NCBI GenBank assembly: GCA_963760795.1
Contig: CAVXEP010000001.1
Location: forward strand, 96,001-160,000
DNA from: an uncultured delta proteobacterium
GTDB lineage: Bacteria > Desulfobacterota > Binatia > UBA9968
Length of the DNA stretch: 64,000 nucleotides
Direction of reading: 5' to 3'
Below the pieces are notes generated by a model. That model saw nothing but the letters and a program-made list of their open reading frames with translations. It searched no databases and had not been told where the DNA came from. Position numbers and translations under genes: made by a program. This document shows, piece after piece, positions 45,750 through 56,210 of the stretch. How positions within the stretch are numbered: position 1 is the stretch's first letter; every line of letters starts with the position of its first letter.

Positions 45750-46925
45750 TCAATCCATCACTCGCAACGCCAATCCTTTGAGGTATTCGCCTTCGGGGTG
45801 GTGCAGACTGACCGGGTGGTCGATGGGATGGCCGAGTTGTTTGACAATCGTAGCTTTTCTACCGGCATCGACGGCGGCGCCAAAAATGACTTTCTGAAAC
45901 AGCTCTCGTGGCAAATGCTGCGAGCAGGAAAAGGTCAAGAGGATGCCGCCGGGATTGAGATGCTTGAGCGCATGCAAGTTTAGAAATTTATAACCGCCGG
46001 TGGCGGCGTCCAGGTCGCCGCGCCGGTGCGCCAGCGACGGCGGGTCGAGGATGATCACGTCGAATTTGCTGTCGGTTTCTTTTAAGTACGCGAAGGCATC
46101 GCCTTTGATGACCTCGCCGGAGGCGTCGCCGTAGTCATTCAGTTGCAAATTTTTCTCGGCCAGCTCCAAGGCAGTCATGGACGAATCGAAGGTGACGACT
46201 TCCTTGGCGCCGCCGGCATGGGCGTAGACCGAAAAACCGCCGGTGTAGGCGAAGCAATTAAGCACCGACCGGCCGCGCGTCAGGGTCGAAAGAAACTGCC
46301 GGCTGTCGCGCTGATCGAGAAAGAAGCCGGTTTTTTGCCCGCGCCGCAGATCGACCAGGAATTTATGGCCATTCTCCTGGGTGGCGAGGGTCTCCGGCGG
46401 CGGCTCGCCGGCGAGCACGCCAACGGCAGCTTCGAGCCCTTCTTCCTCGCGCACCCGGCCTTCGCTGCGCTCGAACATGCCGGTCGCTGGACAAAGCTCC
46501 GACAACGCGGCAACGATCTCTTCTTTGAACAATTCCATGCCCGCGGTGTAGAACTGGCAGACAAAATAGTCGGCGTAGCGGTCGACGATCAAACCGGGGA
46601 GAAAATCGCCCTCGCCGTTGACCAGCCGGTAGGCGTTATTGGCCGCGCCCAATTGCTCGGCGCGAAAGGCCAACGCCTGGAACAGACGGTTGGCAAAGAA
46701 GCCTTGATCGATGGTCTCTTTTTTCCAGGTGAGCAGGCGCACGCGCAGCGTTGACTTGGGATTGTAAAGGCCGCGGCCGAGCCAGTTTTTCTTGTTGTCG
46801 AAGATATCGGCAACGTCGACGATTTGATCGTCGCCTTGGCAGCGCTCGATGGCGCCGGAAAATATCCACGGATGGCCCCGGCGGATCGGCATATCGCGGT
46901 TAAGCTTGAGGAATATTTGCAGCAT
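45750..46925 (-). CDS. rlmI: 23S rRNA m5C1962 methyltransferase (RlmI family)
   Basis: GHPWIF (PUA), EGDFLPGLIVDRY, GQKTGFFLDQR, DPPS and FSCS motifs. Confidence 0.88.
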   Translation of the reverse strand: MLQIFLKLNRDMPIRRGHPWIFSGAIERCQGDDQIVDVADIFDNKKNWLGRGLYNPKSTLRVRLLTWKKETIDQGFFANRLFQALAFRAEQLGAANNAYRLVNGEGDFLPGLIVDRYADYFVCQFYTAGMELFKEEIVAALSELCPATGMFERSEGRVREEEGLEAAVGVLAGEPPPETLATQENGHKFLVDLRRGQKTGFFLDQRDSRQFLSTLTRGRSVLNCFAYTGGFSVYAHAGGAKEVVTFDSSMTALELAEKNLQLNDYGDASGEVIKGDAFAYLKETDSKFDVIILDPPSLAHRRGDLDAATGGYKFLNLHALKHLNPGGILLTFSCSQHLPRELFQKVIFGAAVDAGRKATIVKQLGHPIDHPVSLHHPEGEYLKGLALRVMD

Positions 46926-46947
46926 TGGAGCAATGTTTGAATTCGCA

Positions 46948-47024
46948 GTGATGGATTACTGGAGTGTTGGAGTGCAGGGTTCCGGAATGCCCAAAACTCC
47001 ACTACTCCAACACTCCATCACTCC
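46948..47024. repeat. inverted TGGAGT octamer-array element
   Basis: GTGATGGATTACTGGAGTGTTGGAGT ... ACTCCACTACTCCAACACTCCATCAC; overlaps the moaC stop. Confidence 0.65.
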
Positions 47025-47497
47025 GTTCTGATGAACGTGCCGCTTTTGCCGCCGCTCTTTTTGACCAGGCGGATCTCGCCGATGGTCATTTCGCGGTCGA
47101 CGGCTTTGCACATGTCGTAGATGGTGAGGCCCGCCACTGACACCGCCGTCATGGCTTCCATCTCGACGCCGGTCTTACCGCTGACGCGCACCGACGCTTC
47201 GATGTCGACCCGGGCGGGATTGTGCCCCGGGGTGAGATCGATTGTGACGGAGGTGATGTTGAGCGGATGGCACATGGGAATCAGTTCGGAAGTTTTTTTC
47301 GCCGCCATGATGCCGGCGACCCGCGCCACCGAAAAGACATCGCCCTTTTCGATTTTGTCGCCGAGGATCAGCGCCAAGGTTTCCGGCAGCATGTGAATGG
47401 TGCCGCAGGCGGTGGCGATTCGGCTGGTGACTTCCTTTTCGCTCACGTCGACCATGCGCGCGCGCCCTTGTTCGTCCAAGTGACTGAGTTGTGCCAT
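47018..47497 (-). CDS. moaC: cyclic pyranopterin monophosphate synthase
   Basis: MVDVSEK, KGDV, LIPMCH, TGVEMEA, YDMCK and KSGGKSG motifs. Confidence 0.96.
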   Translation of the reverse strand: MAQLSHLDEQGRARMVDVSEKEVTSRIATACGTIHMLPETLALILGDKIEKGDVFSVARVAGIMAAKKTSELIPMCHPLNITSVTIDLTPGHNPARVDIEASVRVSGKTGVEMEAMTAVSVAGLTIYDMCKAVDREMTIGEIRLVKKSGGKSGTFIRTE

Positions 47498-47544
47498 AGG
47501 TTTGGTTTCTTTCTCCCCTGGAAAAATTATGTTACAGAAACCGG

Positions 47545-48486
47545 ATGGATAAGCAAAGTCACTACCGTGTTATCATTCTTGGTTCCGGCGCCGCCGGTCT
47601 CACCGCGGCGATCTACAGCGCCCGTGCCAATCTTAAACCGCTGGTCATCGAGGGATCGCAACCGGGCGGGCAACTGACGATCACCACCGATGTCGAAAAT
47701 TTCCCCGGCTTCCCCAAAGGCATTATGGGTCCCGAATTGATGGAGGAGTTTAAGAAGCAGGCTGTGCGTTTCGGCACTGAGACGTTTTTCGGCGACGTGA
47801 CCGCGGTCGACCTCAAACAGCGGCCATTCAAAGTCACCGCCAGCAAAGAGTTCTACACTTGCGACACTTTGATTGTCGCTACCGGCGCCACGGCGAAGTT
47901 GCTGGGCTTGGAATCGGAAATGAAACTCATGGGCCATGGCGTGTCGGCGTGCGCCACCTGCGATGGTTTTTTCTTCAAAGACAAAGAACTTGTCGTCGTC
48001 GGCGGCGGCGACACGGCGATGGAAGAGGCGACTTATCTCACCAAGTTCGCCAGCAAAGTGACGGTCGTGCACCGGCGCGACAAACTGCGCGCGTCGAAGA
48101 TCATGCAAGAGCGCGCCGAAAAGAATGCGAAAATCTCTTTTGTTTGGGACACCGCGGTGGAAGAAGTTTACGGCGATCCTAAAGCCGGCGGCGTCACCGG
48201 AGTTAAATTCAAGAATTTGAAAACCGGCAAGAATTCCGATTTCAAATGCGATGGCCTGTTCATCGCCATCGGCCACGAGCCCAATTCAAAACTTTTCGCT
48301 GGCCAGTTAGATCTCGATCCGACGGGCTACATACTTACTCACGATGGCTCCAAGACAAACGTCTCCGGCGTCTTCGCCTGCGGCGACGTTCAAGATCACG
48401 TCTACCGCCAAGCGATCACCGCCGCCGGCAGCGGCTGTATGGCGGCGATCGATGCGGAGCGGTTTTTGGAGAATCAGGAAGGGTGA
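47545..48486 (+). CDS. trxB: thioredoxin-disulfide reductase
   Basis: GSGAAG, CATCDG, GGGDTA, HRRD and YRQAITAAG motifs. Confidence 0.96.
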   Translation: MDKQSHYRVIILGSGAAGLTAAIYSARANLKPLVIEGSQPGGQLTITTDVENFPGFPKGIMGPELMEEFKKQAVRFGTETFFGDVTAVDLKQRPFKVTASKEFYTCDTLIVATGATAKLLGLESEMKLMGHGVSACATCDGFFFKDKELVVVGGGDTAMEEATYLTKFASKVTVVHRRDKLRASKIMQERAEKNAKISFVWDTAVEEVYGDPKAGGVTGVKFKNLKTGKNSDFKCDGLFIAIGHEPNSKLFAGQLDLDPTGYILTHDGSKTNVSGVFACGDVQDHVYRQAITAAGSGCMAAIDAERFLENQEG

Positions 48487-48870
48487 AGATTATTCTCGGT
48501 TAGCACGCCATATTCATCCTGCGCGCTTTACGGATTGGCCGAACGTCAAGTTAGGCGCCACGTCGACGGCGAAGATCGCCAAGCAACTCAGTGGCGGGCT
48601 CTGGCCCTTGGTCAGACGCCAAACGTATCCATTACTCAGCGTCGACGTCATTTATAACTCCTTTAATGAGACCAAAGTCCAACATCGCGCCAAGCCGCCA
48701 TTGAGCGGTCGAATCTCCTGCTTCGCCGGCAAGCCGAAACCAGCGCGCAGCTTCCACGAGGGTCGCGTAATGCGCAGACGGCTACTTGGCTTGGAGTTCC
48801 AGAATACGTTGAACTCAAGTTGGATGGGCGTGATCGACTCAACGAACTCGTCTTAGAGAAAGTGTCTCCG

Positions 48871-49188
48871 CTAGGATTCGAGTTTTTTGAGCTCTGCCAG
48901 GAGAAACTCGCGGCTGGGGATTTCTTTGCCGTCGTTATAGCGCATCAGATAGGGCTTGCCGGAGGTGCCGGACTTGGTGGCGACTTTATCGATAAAATCG
49001 CGGACGGATTTGACATCCGCCTTGTTGGCGTCCCACTTGCCGCGCAGGAAGCGCACGGCGGTGGCGGGCTCGTGGGTGGAGCCGTTGCGGACGAATTTGG
49101 CGTCTTTGAGATCGCCGACTCGCTTGATTAGCAACTCGATCTTTTGCTTCTCGGCGGCGGGCAGGTTCTGGGCGTGGACGAATGACAC
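48871..49188 (-). CDS. DUF5329 family secreted protein (true start likely further upstream)
   Basis: KIELLI, FVRNGS.H and FIDKVATKS..SGKPY motifs; hydrophobic signal continues upstream in frame. Confidence 0.75.
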   Translation of the reverse strand: MSFVHAQNLPAAEKQKIELLIKRVGDLKDAKFVRNGSTHEPATAVRFLRGKWDANKADVKSVRDFIDKVATKSGTSGKPYLMRYNDGKEIPSREFLLAELKKLES

Positions 49189-49270
49189 CGTTACGAGGGT
49201 TATTAGTAGTACGATTGCGAACGTTATGCTCGCAGTGAGTTGCTTAGAAATCGTTTGAAATGATTGCTTT

Positions 49271-49360
49271 GCCCTTTGGTAAAAGGCGGGATGGATGGGG
49301 ATTTGGATGTGTGGCGCTGAAAAAATCCCCGCTGACCCCTCTTTTTCAAAGGGGGGAATA
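49271..49360. repeat. CCCTTT..AAAGGGG palindromic element
   Basis: CCCTTTGGTAAAAGGCGGG..GGGGATTT ... AAATCCCC..CCCCTCTTTTTCAAAGGGGG. Confidence 0.55.
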
Positions 49361-49467
49361 ACATGAGTGCGTGCATCGACCGATTTTCTCCAACGCAGAT
49401 TCGAATGGTAGCCATTGCGTAGCTTAGACGTTCGACGATAAGAATCCTTGCAGGCTCTAATCCTCGA

Positions 49468-50103
49468 CTACTTGGCGCCGTCGCGGATCATTCCTAGCAC
49501 TTGGTCGGTGCTGCGCACCCGGGCCAGCCGTGGGAAGACCGTGTCCATCAGCGCCTTCATGGAATCGTCGTGCGAGTTGCTGCACGCGTCGCGCACGATG
49601 ACGAGATTGTAGTCGTGGTCGCGGGCGGAGTAGACCGTCGAGGCGACGCCGACGTCGACGGCGCCGCCAGAAATGATGATCGTGTCGATGCCGCGGGAGC
49701 GCAGCGCCAAGTCGAAGTAAGTCTGGTGAAAGGTGCTCCAGCGGTATTTCGGAATAATGTAATCCTGCGGCTGTGGCGCGATTTCGTCGAGAACCTTTTG
49801 TTCCCGCGAGCCCTCGGTGGCGCCGTGAATCGTCGGATTACAATCGTCGTTTGGCCAGGGACGCAGGCGCATGTCGGTGTCGGTAATCGCCCTATAGCGG
49901 CTTTCGCCGTCAGGCCGGTGATTGGCCATGGCGTAGTAGATGAGAATGCCGTTTTGCCGCGCGGCATTCATCAAACGCACGGCGTTGTCGACCACCGGCT
50001 TCAAGGCTTTTTGCTTTTCATCCGGGATGCCGTGGAAGTAGACGTTGAGCATGTCGAAGAATAGCAGGGCGGTTTTCTTATTGTCGATTTGGTGGACGTT
50101 CAT
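49468..50103 (-). CDS. isochorismatase/cysteine hydrolase family protein
   Basis: TALLFFDM, K.RWSTF..T and ISGG.VDVGVASTV..ARD.DY motifs. Confidence 0.85.
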   Translation of the reverse strand: MNVHQIDNKKTALLFFDMLNVYFHGIPDEKQKALKPVVDNAVRLMNAARQNGILIYYAMANHRPDGESRYRAITDTDMRLRPWPNDDCNPTIHGATEGSREQKVLDEIAPQPQDYIIPKYRWSTFHQTYFDLALRSRGIDTIIISGGAVDVGVASTVYSARDHDYNLVIVRDACSNSHDDSMKALMDTVFPRLARVRSTDQVLGMIRDGAK

Positions 50104-50128
50104 GGTTTAGACCTCCAGTGAATTTGAA

Positions 50129-51028
50129 TTAACCTGGATTCCCGTTGTCACGGGAATGACGGAACGGAGCGGCGATCTCCCACCAGTTTCTATTTAGGTC
50201 GCAAACTAGAAACGATTGGCCGTCCGGTATACTTTGGATGTCGCAGATCTCCATGATGGCGAATTCGTTTCGCCGCGTGTTTAACTTTTCGCGCGCTTCC
50301 TGGAGTTTCTCCTCGGAGGCGACGGCGATGGTGAAGCGCTGCAGCGGGGATAGATATTTGCGGTTTTTCTCCGGTACTTCGAGGCTGACCACGTACCAGG
50401 AATTCGCCGGATGTTTGATGTTGTGCGGTTTGGTGGTTTGGACATGGGTGATGACGTCCATGCCGAGGCCGTCTTTGTAGAATTTTACCGCCGCCGCCCA
50501 GTCGTTGCATTCGATCGTGCCATGGGTGAAGCCGTGCGGCAGGTAACCTCGGCCGGGGAACTGTGCTTCGCTGAGTTCGGTCTGCCACGGATAGGAGACA
50601 TCGTAAGGCAGACCCGCTTGATGGCGGTGCTCGTAGGACTCGATCTCCCAGTAGTTGCCGCCGGGCTCGACGAAAAAGACGGAATACGAACCGGCGCGCT
50701 CGTTGCGCATGATGACTTTTTTCAATGCTAGCTGTTCTTTTTTCGCCATCAAGTAATCGTAGGCGCGGTCGACCTGCTCGTTGTTCTTCACGCGCACGCC
50801 ATAGTGGTTGCGAAAGGGTTTGTCCGGCACATCGGCGCCGCTTTCATGAACGACCAGCAGCCAGTCGGTGTTGGGATGTTTCATTGTTACTTCTTTATTG
50901 CCGCTTGCAACGACTTCCAGGGCGAGCAATTCCGACAATACCGGGACGGTCTGGTCGAGGTAATTGCACTCGTAGTGGCCTTTGATAATGCCCAAGGATT
51001 CGACGGCCGGTTTCGCTGTATCTGACAT
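50129..51028 (-). CDS. two-domain VOC family protein (paralogue B)
   Basis: NHYGVRV, EPGGNYWEIE, THGTIEC and DLNRNWWEI motifs. Confidence 0.82.
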   Translation of the reverse strand: MSDTAKPAVESLGIIKGHYECNYLDQTVPVLSELLALEVVASGNKEVTMKHPNTDWLLVVHESGADVPDKPFRNHYGVRVKNNEQVDRAYDYLMAKKEQLALKKVIMRNERAGSYSVFFVEPGGNYWEIESYEHRHQAGLPYDVSYPWQTELSEAQFPGRGYLPHGFTHGTIECNDWAAAVKFYKDGLGMDVITHVQTTKPHNIKHPANSWYVVSLEVPEKNRKYLSPLQRFTIAVASEEKLQEAREKLNTRRNEFAIMEICDIQSIPDGQSFLVCDLNRNWWEIAAPFRHSRDNGNPG

Positions 51029-51042
51029 GAGGTTCTCCGGAG

Positions 51043-52078
51043 CTATTTCTTGGCTAGGCCCAAACGGTCGACTGCTCGTTGGACGAACGACGGGTCGAGG
51101 TAGGGGCGAGCGTCGCGGTTTTTCACCAGCGCCGGTGTGAAGCGGGCGTGAAAGCCGTTGATCATACTTTCGATACCGTCCTGCCAGGGGAATGGCAAGC
51201 CCTGGATGGCGTCGTACTGCTGCAAATTGGCGCGATAGGTCTTTTCCAAAACCGTCGGATCGTTCTGGCGGGTGATCTGGACGATGGAACGGTAACCGAC
51301 CTCCTTATTTTTGCGATAAAGCTGGATCGCCTCGGTGATGGCGGTCATGAAGTCTGTGAGCACGCGCTGATTCTTGTCGCGAAAATCGCGCGTCACCGTG
51401 TACGGGATGCCGGCATAGGACATGCGCAGATCGAAGAAATAGGCGAGTTCGCGAAAACCCTGTTTTTCCAGCTCGATCTCGTTGGGCGGCGGAATCGCCA
51501 TGCCGTCGTAGAGTCCCTGCTTCATCTGCGCGGCACGGGCAAGGATGCCGCCCGTCGTGTAAATCAGGGCGACATCTTTATTGGGGACCAGGTTGTTTTT
51601 CTCCAGGTAATAAAGCGTCGCGTACTCGTCGAGACCGGCGCGGCCGACGCCGAGTCTTTTGCCTTTCAAATCGGCGGCGCTTTTGATCGACGGGGTGACC
51701 ATCAGGCGCAGCGGCACGTAGCGCGTCTCGCTGCCGATGACGATGATGTTGGGATCGGCGCTGGCGATGGCGCGTGACACCGCCGTGCCGCCGCCGTAGA
51801 GGACGTGAATATTGCCGCTCAACAGTGCCGGCAAATAAGTCGATGGCCCCTGCATCAAGATCAATTCGACGTCGAGATTATGTTTGCGGAAGATGCCTTC
51901 GAGCTTGGCGACCCAGGCGATGGAGAAGTTGGTTGTGGTGGAGGTGTAGGCAATGACGGGTGAGTTTGGTTGGCTGAGCATAAGACGGCGCTGCGAGCGT
52001 GATTAAAGCCACTAGGGTCAGTCGGACCAGACCGATCGGGCGGGTCGCCCCTGGAATAGAAGCGTCAGTTTTCGACAT
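51043..52078 (-). CDS. NMT1/SsuA-like substrate-binding protein (frameshift near 51960)
   Basis: Signal peptide in the 52078 frame; GIFRKHNLDVE and DLKGKRLG motifs. Confidence 0.8.
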
Positions 52079-52937
52079 AGGCGACTTCCCACCAGTTGCG
52101 GTCCAAGTCACAGATTTGAAAGGACTGGCCGGCGCGGCTGTCTTGGACCGCTTCGATGGATGTTAGACCGAACTCATCCCGGCGCTCGGTGAATTCCCGA
52201 TGGGCTTCGGCCAGTGCAGTAGGCGACTCGACGGCTACGGTATAACGTTGCAGCGGCGTCAGATAGTGCTTGTTCTTCGGCGGTACTTCCAAGCTCACGA
52301 CATACCAGGGCGTGGTTGGATGTTTGACATCATGGGGTTCGATGGTCGGCACATGGGTGATGACATCGAGACCCAGCCCCTGCTGGTAAAACTTTTTCGA
52401 TGCTTGGAGATCGGTGCATTCCATGGTGCCATGGGTCATTGCCTGCGGCACGTAGCTGCAGCCCGGCAAGCGTTCCGCGGTGAGCACGGTCTTCCATGGG
52501 TAGGCGATCTCATAGGGCAGACCGGCCTTGTGGCGATTCTCATAGGACTCGATCTCCCAATAGTTGCCGCCGGGCTCGACGAAAAACATCGAGTAGGAGC
52601 CGGCGCGCTCTTTCCGTTTGACGACTTTAGTGAGGCCCAAGGTTTCCTTGTTGGCGAGGAGATATTGGTAGGCATGGTCGACTTCTAGGTTGTTGGCCAC
52701 GCGCACGCCATAGTGATTGCGCTCGGGTTTGTCTTTCACCTCGGCGCCGCCTTCGTGGACGATTAATTTCCAGCCGGTGTTGGGATGTTTCAACACCGCT
52801 TCACGATCACGCCGTTCGAGGAGATCGAGCCCCAGGACTTTCGTGAGCACTGGAATGGTGTCGTCGAGGAAGCGGACTTCGGTGTGGCCGTGCACCAGGC
52901 CGGTGGGTTTAAGGACTGAATTCGTCGCAGCGCTCAT
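52065..52937 (-). CDS. two-domain VOC family protein (paralogue A)
   Basis: HGHTEV, NHYGVRV, EPGGNYWEIE, THGTMEC and DLDRNWWEV motifs. Confidence 0.82.
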   Translation of the reverse strand: MSAATNSVLKPTGLVHGHTEVRFLDDTIPVLTKVLGLDLLERRDREAVLKHPNTGWKLIVHEGGAEVKDKPERNHYGVRVANNLEVDHAYQYLLANKETLGLTKVVKRKERAGSYSMFFVEPGGNYWEIESYENRHKAGLPYEIAYPWKTVLTAERLPGCSYVPQAMTHGTMECTDLQASKKFYQQGLGLDVITHVPTIEPHDVKHPTTPWYVVSLEVPPKNKHYLTPLQRYTVAVESPTALAEAHREFTERRDEFGLTSIEAVQDSRAGQSFQICDLDRNWWEVAYVEN

Positions 52938-53020
52938 ATTCGCTCCTCAGCTATGTCTTGCCAAAGCCCAATCTGTCCTCAGCGCGATGCCCGAAGCTCG
53001 GATCGTTGACTGTCGTCGTT

Positions 53021-54046
53021 TCACTTGGGCAGATCCTTGCCCCACAATTCAGTCAGAAAACCGCTCCTGGCGAGATCTTCGGCGAAGCGGTTGTCGACGA
53101 TGTCGGCGGCTTTCCTGCGGGTTTGGGTGCCCGCCTCGCGGGCTTGCTCGATCATTTCTTCAATCGAACTTATCGGCACGACCAGGCGGCGGTTGGCGAT
53201 GGTCTTGGCGAAGGCGTCATAGGCCGACTGCAGCGCTTCGGCATCGTTGAGCTTAAGCACCTTGCTTAGCGACGCTTTGGCTTTCGTCGGATTCATTTCG
53301 GTGAAGTGCAGCGTCTCCGCCATCGCCGCGACATAGCGCTGCACCGCCAGAGGTTTAGTTGCGATGGTTTTGTTATTTGCGTGGAGCGAGCTGTAGACAA
53401 ACGGTATGCCCAGCTCCTTTAGATTGTAGACGATGTTGAAGCCATCCTTCTTGCCTCGCACTTCCAGCGGCGGGCTGACCAGCACCGCCTGGACGACGCC
53501 CGCGGCCATGGCGTTATACGGTTCCAGTTGGCCGCTGCCGCCGACCGGCTGGAGCTTTACTTCTTGCGGCGACAGATTGAATTTCTTTAAGACTTCCAGC
53601 GCCAGCCGGTGCGTTAGATCGCCGGCGCGGGTGATGCCAATCGCACGGCCTTTGAGATCCAAAGGCGTGCGAATCTCTTTGCGTCCGAGCATGACCCAGG
53701 GCAGGCCGACCAATTGCGAGCCGATGTATTTCGCTTCGGCGCCGGTAGCGATGCCGGGCAGGGTTGCCGAAGCGGCGCAGGTCAGAAACTGAATCTCGTC
53801 GGCGCCCAGCGCCGCCAAGGTCACGCCGCTGCCGCGGAACGCGATATGTTCCATGCGCAGGCCATATTTCTCGAAGATACCGTGATCGAGTGCCGTCGAA
53901 AGATGGATGATCGTGCCGGTGATCGAGCAGGTGCCGACACGGGCTTTGATCGGTGCTTCGCCCGGCTTGGGCAGGTATGGATTGGCTTGGGCCGTTTGGA
54001 AATAGCCGAGGACGAGTGCGAGTGCCAACAGAAATCGGACATTCAT
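53021..54046 (-). CDS. NMT1/SsuA-like substrate-binding protein
   Basis: Signal peptide; GIFEKYGL and DLKGRAIGI motifs. Confidence 0.83.
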   Translation of the reverse strand: MNVRFLLALALVLGYFQTAQANPYLPKPGEAPIKARVGTCSITGTIIHLSTALDHGIFEKYGLRMEHIAFRGSGVTLAALGADEIQFLTCAASATLPGIATGAEAKYIGSQLVGLPWVMLGRKEIRTPLDLKGRAIGITRAGDLTHRLALEVLKKFNLSPQEVKLQPVGGSGQLEPYNAMAAGVVQAVLVSPPLEVRGKKDGFNIVYNLKELGIPFVYSSLHANNKTIATKPLAVQRYVAAMAETLHFTEMNPTKAKASLSKVLKLNDAEALQSAYDAFAKTIANRRLVVPISSIEEMIEQAREAGTQTRRKAADIVDNRFAEDLARSGFLTELWGKDLPK

Positions 54047-54059
54047 CGAACCGTGGACC

Positions 54060-55016
54060 TCATTCCGCGACGATGCGGTTGCGCAAGCAGCCGAGTCCTT
54101 CGACTTCGGCTTCGACCAGGTCGCCGGGTTTTAGCCACCAAGGTACTTGATCGGGTTTTCGGCCGGCGGCGACGCCGCGCGGCGTGCCGGTGGTGAGCAC
54201 GTCGCCGGGATTTAAACCCATCTGCGACCAGTAGGCGATCATGTCGCGGATTTTGAAAATCATGTAGCCGAGGTTTGAGTCTTGGCGCGCCTCGCCGTTG
54301 ACGCGCAGCCAGAGTTTTAAGTTTTGCGGCTCGGGGACCTCATCGGCGGTGACCAGATAGGGCCCCATGGGGGCGAAGCCGGGGAAGCTTTTGCCCATAA
54401 GGTGGATGCCGCTCTTGTTCTCGCCGCGAATGACGTCGCGGGCGCTGATGTCGTTAAACGACGCGTAGCCGGCGACATAGTTCAAGGCTTCTTCCTCACT
54501 GACGTCGACGCAGGGCTTACCGATGATGACGGCGAGCTCGACTTCGTAATCCAAATTTTTCACTTCCGGCGGATGCGGTATGTCGTCATCGGGACCGATC
54601 ACTGAGCCGGGAAGTTTAAGAAAAGCGACAGGCGCCGCCGGACCTTTTTTAGACGACATCTCGGCGACGTGATCGGAAAAGTTTTTACCGGCGGAGACCA
54701 GCGCGCCGGGACGGGGCACCGGCGCCAGCAGGCGAACGCGCTGGCGTTCGACGATGTTGCCATTACCGCCGTCGGTCGCAGCATGTTTAATTGCCAGGCG
54801 GGCTGCTGCCAAGGCTTTGTCGCCGCGCTTCAAGAATTCGACCATGTCGCTGCCGAGGGTGGCAGCGGCCAACTGATCCGCCCCCGCAGCGTTCTCGACC
54901 GCGTGCAGATAAGATGCATAAGCTTTGTGCAAGTCGACGATCGCGCCTGAGCCCGAGCTATCGACAATGGCGCCGATTCTTTCCTGGTCGTCGTCGATAA
55001 AAGTAACCAGCTTCAT
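54060..55016 (-). CDS. fumarylacetoacetate hydrolase family protein (canonical)
   Basis: GKNF..H, FLK, DYEVEL, NDISARD, GKSF..FAPMGP and TGTP motifs. Confidence 0.9.
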   Translation of the reverse strand: MKLVTFIDDDQERIGAIVDSSGSGAIVDLHKAYASYLHAVENAAGADQLAAATLGSDMVEFLKRGDKALAAARLAIKHAATDGGNGNIVERQRVRLLAPVPRPGALVSAGKNFSDHVAEMSSKKGPAAPVAFLKLPGSVIGPDDDIPHPPEVKNLDYEVELAVIIGKPCVDVSEEEALNYVAGYASFNDISARDVIRGENKSGIHLMGKSFPGFAPMGPYLVTADEVPEPQNLKLWLRVNGEARQDSNLGYMIFKIRDMIAYWSQMGLNPGDVLTTGTPRGVAAGRKPDQVPWWLKPGDLVEAEVEGLGCLRNRIVAE

Positions 55017-55996
55017 CGGCGTATACCTCCCGCGGCAATAACTGGGTGCGACAGTTCGCCGATAGCCGGCGACGCGCAGCGGATCGTCGAACCGATCTTC
55101 AGCGGCACGGGATTTTGCAAGCGGTCACCTTGGAGCGCCATGCTGGCGCCGATGGCGAACCAATCCCCTGGCTTGATCCCCAGGATCGACCAGCGGGCGA
55201 CGATCTGCTCGACGCTGAACACGCAGTCGCCCAGGGCGAATTTCTGCTTGACGCCGCCGTCCAACGAAAGCTCGACTTCCAACGCAGCAAAAGTTTTCTT
55301 GTCGTTGCCGATTAGAATGGCGGGGCAGACGCCGGTGCTCGACGGGAAATTTTTGCCGAGCAAGTTGTTGGTCGTCAGCCCTTCGCGCTTGTTGATGTCG
55401 CGGGCGGTGATATCGACGATCAACATCGCCCCGGCAACATGTTCCCAGGCCTTTTCCGGCGGGATGCGCTTGCCGGCCTTGCCGATGACGATGGCGATGC
55501 AGCCATCGGCGTCGAGTTCTTCGGAGAATTTTGGCCAGACCACCGGCGCTCCGGAGATGACGAAAGTTTGCGGCAGTTTGTAATAGCCCGTCGGGATTTC
55601 CGCAGGCGGCAGCGCTTCAGTGCGCGCCCGGTCGGAGAAACCGATGACGAAACTTTTTTCGGGATTCGGCAAAGGCGGTAACAGCCGCACGTCGCTCATT
55701 TCGTAAGCGATTTTTTCGCCGCCGGGGCCGCGCAGCTCGTGTAGACCGGCTTTGCTGGTGAAGGACATGACCTGACCGAGCAGCTGCCGCGACGGTTCGC
55801 CCCATTCGAGAAAGCCGGCGATGGTGTTAGGGAAATAATAGCTTGCCAGTTCGTCAGCGTTGGCCCGGTTGCCTTCGGCCTGAGTCAAATAGGCGGCGCA
55901 GGCGATCTGCAAGTCGACCAGTTGGCCGTCCAGTTCGCCGAAGATTCTAGTTTGATTCGGCCGCCCACTTTCCAATAGACCGAGATAAAGTTTCAT
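55013..55996 (-). CDS. FAH-fold protein with degenerate active site
   Basis: LLPP, YYK, LDADGCIAIVIGK, VDITARD and GKNFP; lacks ExE and TGT. Confidence 0.78.
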   Translation of the reverse strand: MKLYLGLLESGRPNQTRIFGELDGQLVDLQIACAAYLTQAEGNRANADELASYYFPNTIAGFLEWGEPSRQLLGQVMSFTSKAGLHELRGPGGEKIAYEMSDVRLLPPLPNPEKSFVIGFSDRARTEALPPAEIPTGYYKLPQTFVISGAPVVWPKFSEELDADGCIAIVIGKAGKRIPPEKAWEHVAGAMLIVDITARDINKREGLTTNNLLGKNFPSSTGVCPAILIGNDKKTFAALEVELSLDGGVKQKFALGDCVFSVEQIVARWSILGIKPGDWFAIGASMALQGDRLQNPVPLKIGSTIRCASPAIGELSHPVIAAGGIRR

Positions 55997-56108
55997 CAGA
56001 TGAGCCCTTACAGATGGTCCGAAAAAGTAGCTTTCCGTCTATCACGGACGCGAAAGGATTTCACGCCCAAAAAATTAAGCAATGTCGAAAAGCGATAACG
56101 AACAATTC

Positions 56109-56210
56109 TTACTTGGCTAGTAACTCTTGGGTGAGTTCTTTGAATTTTTGAAATTCAGGGTCTTTGTGGAGGAGGGTTGCTTCACGGTTGATAGTGGCGG
56201 CGCCGATCCA
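56109..56210 (-). pseudogene. C-terminal remnant of a VapC/PIN toxin
   Basis: (DG)WIGAATINREATLLHKDPEFQKFKELTQELLAK*; no start, N-terminal portion missing. Confidence 0.7.

Noticed and set aside
47545-48486. trxB as a dedicated component of the Grd-like system
   Set aside because: It lies 34 kb away in housekeeping context and has a standard CATC motif
48515-48665. Small minus-strand ORF (MTSTLSNGYVW..., about 45 aa) after an AAGGAG motif
   Set aside because: No recognisable motif or supporting context
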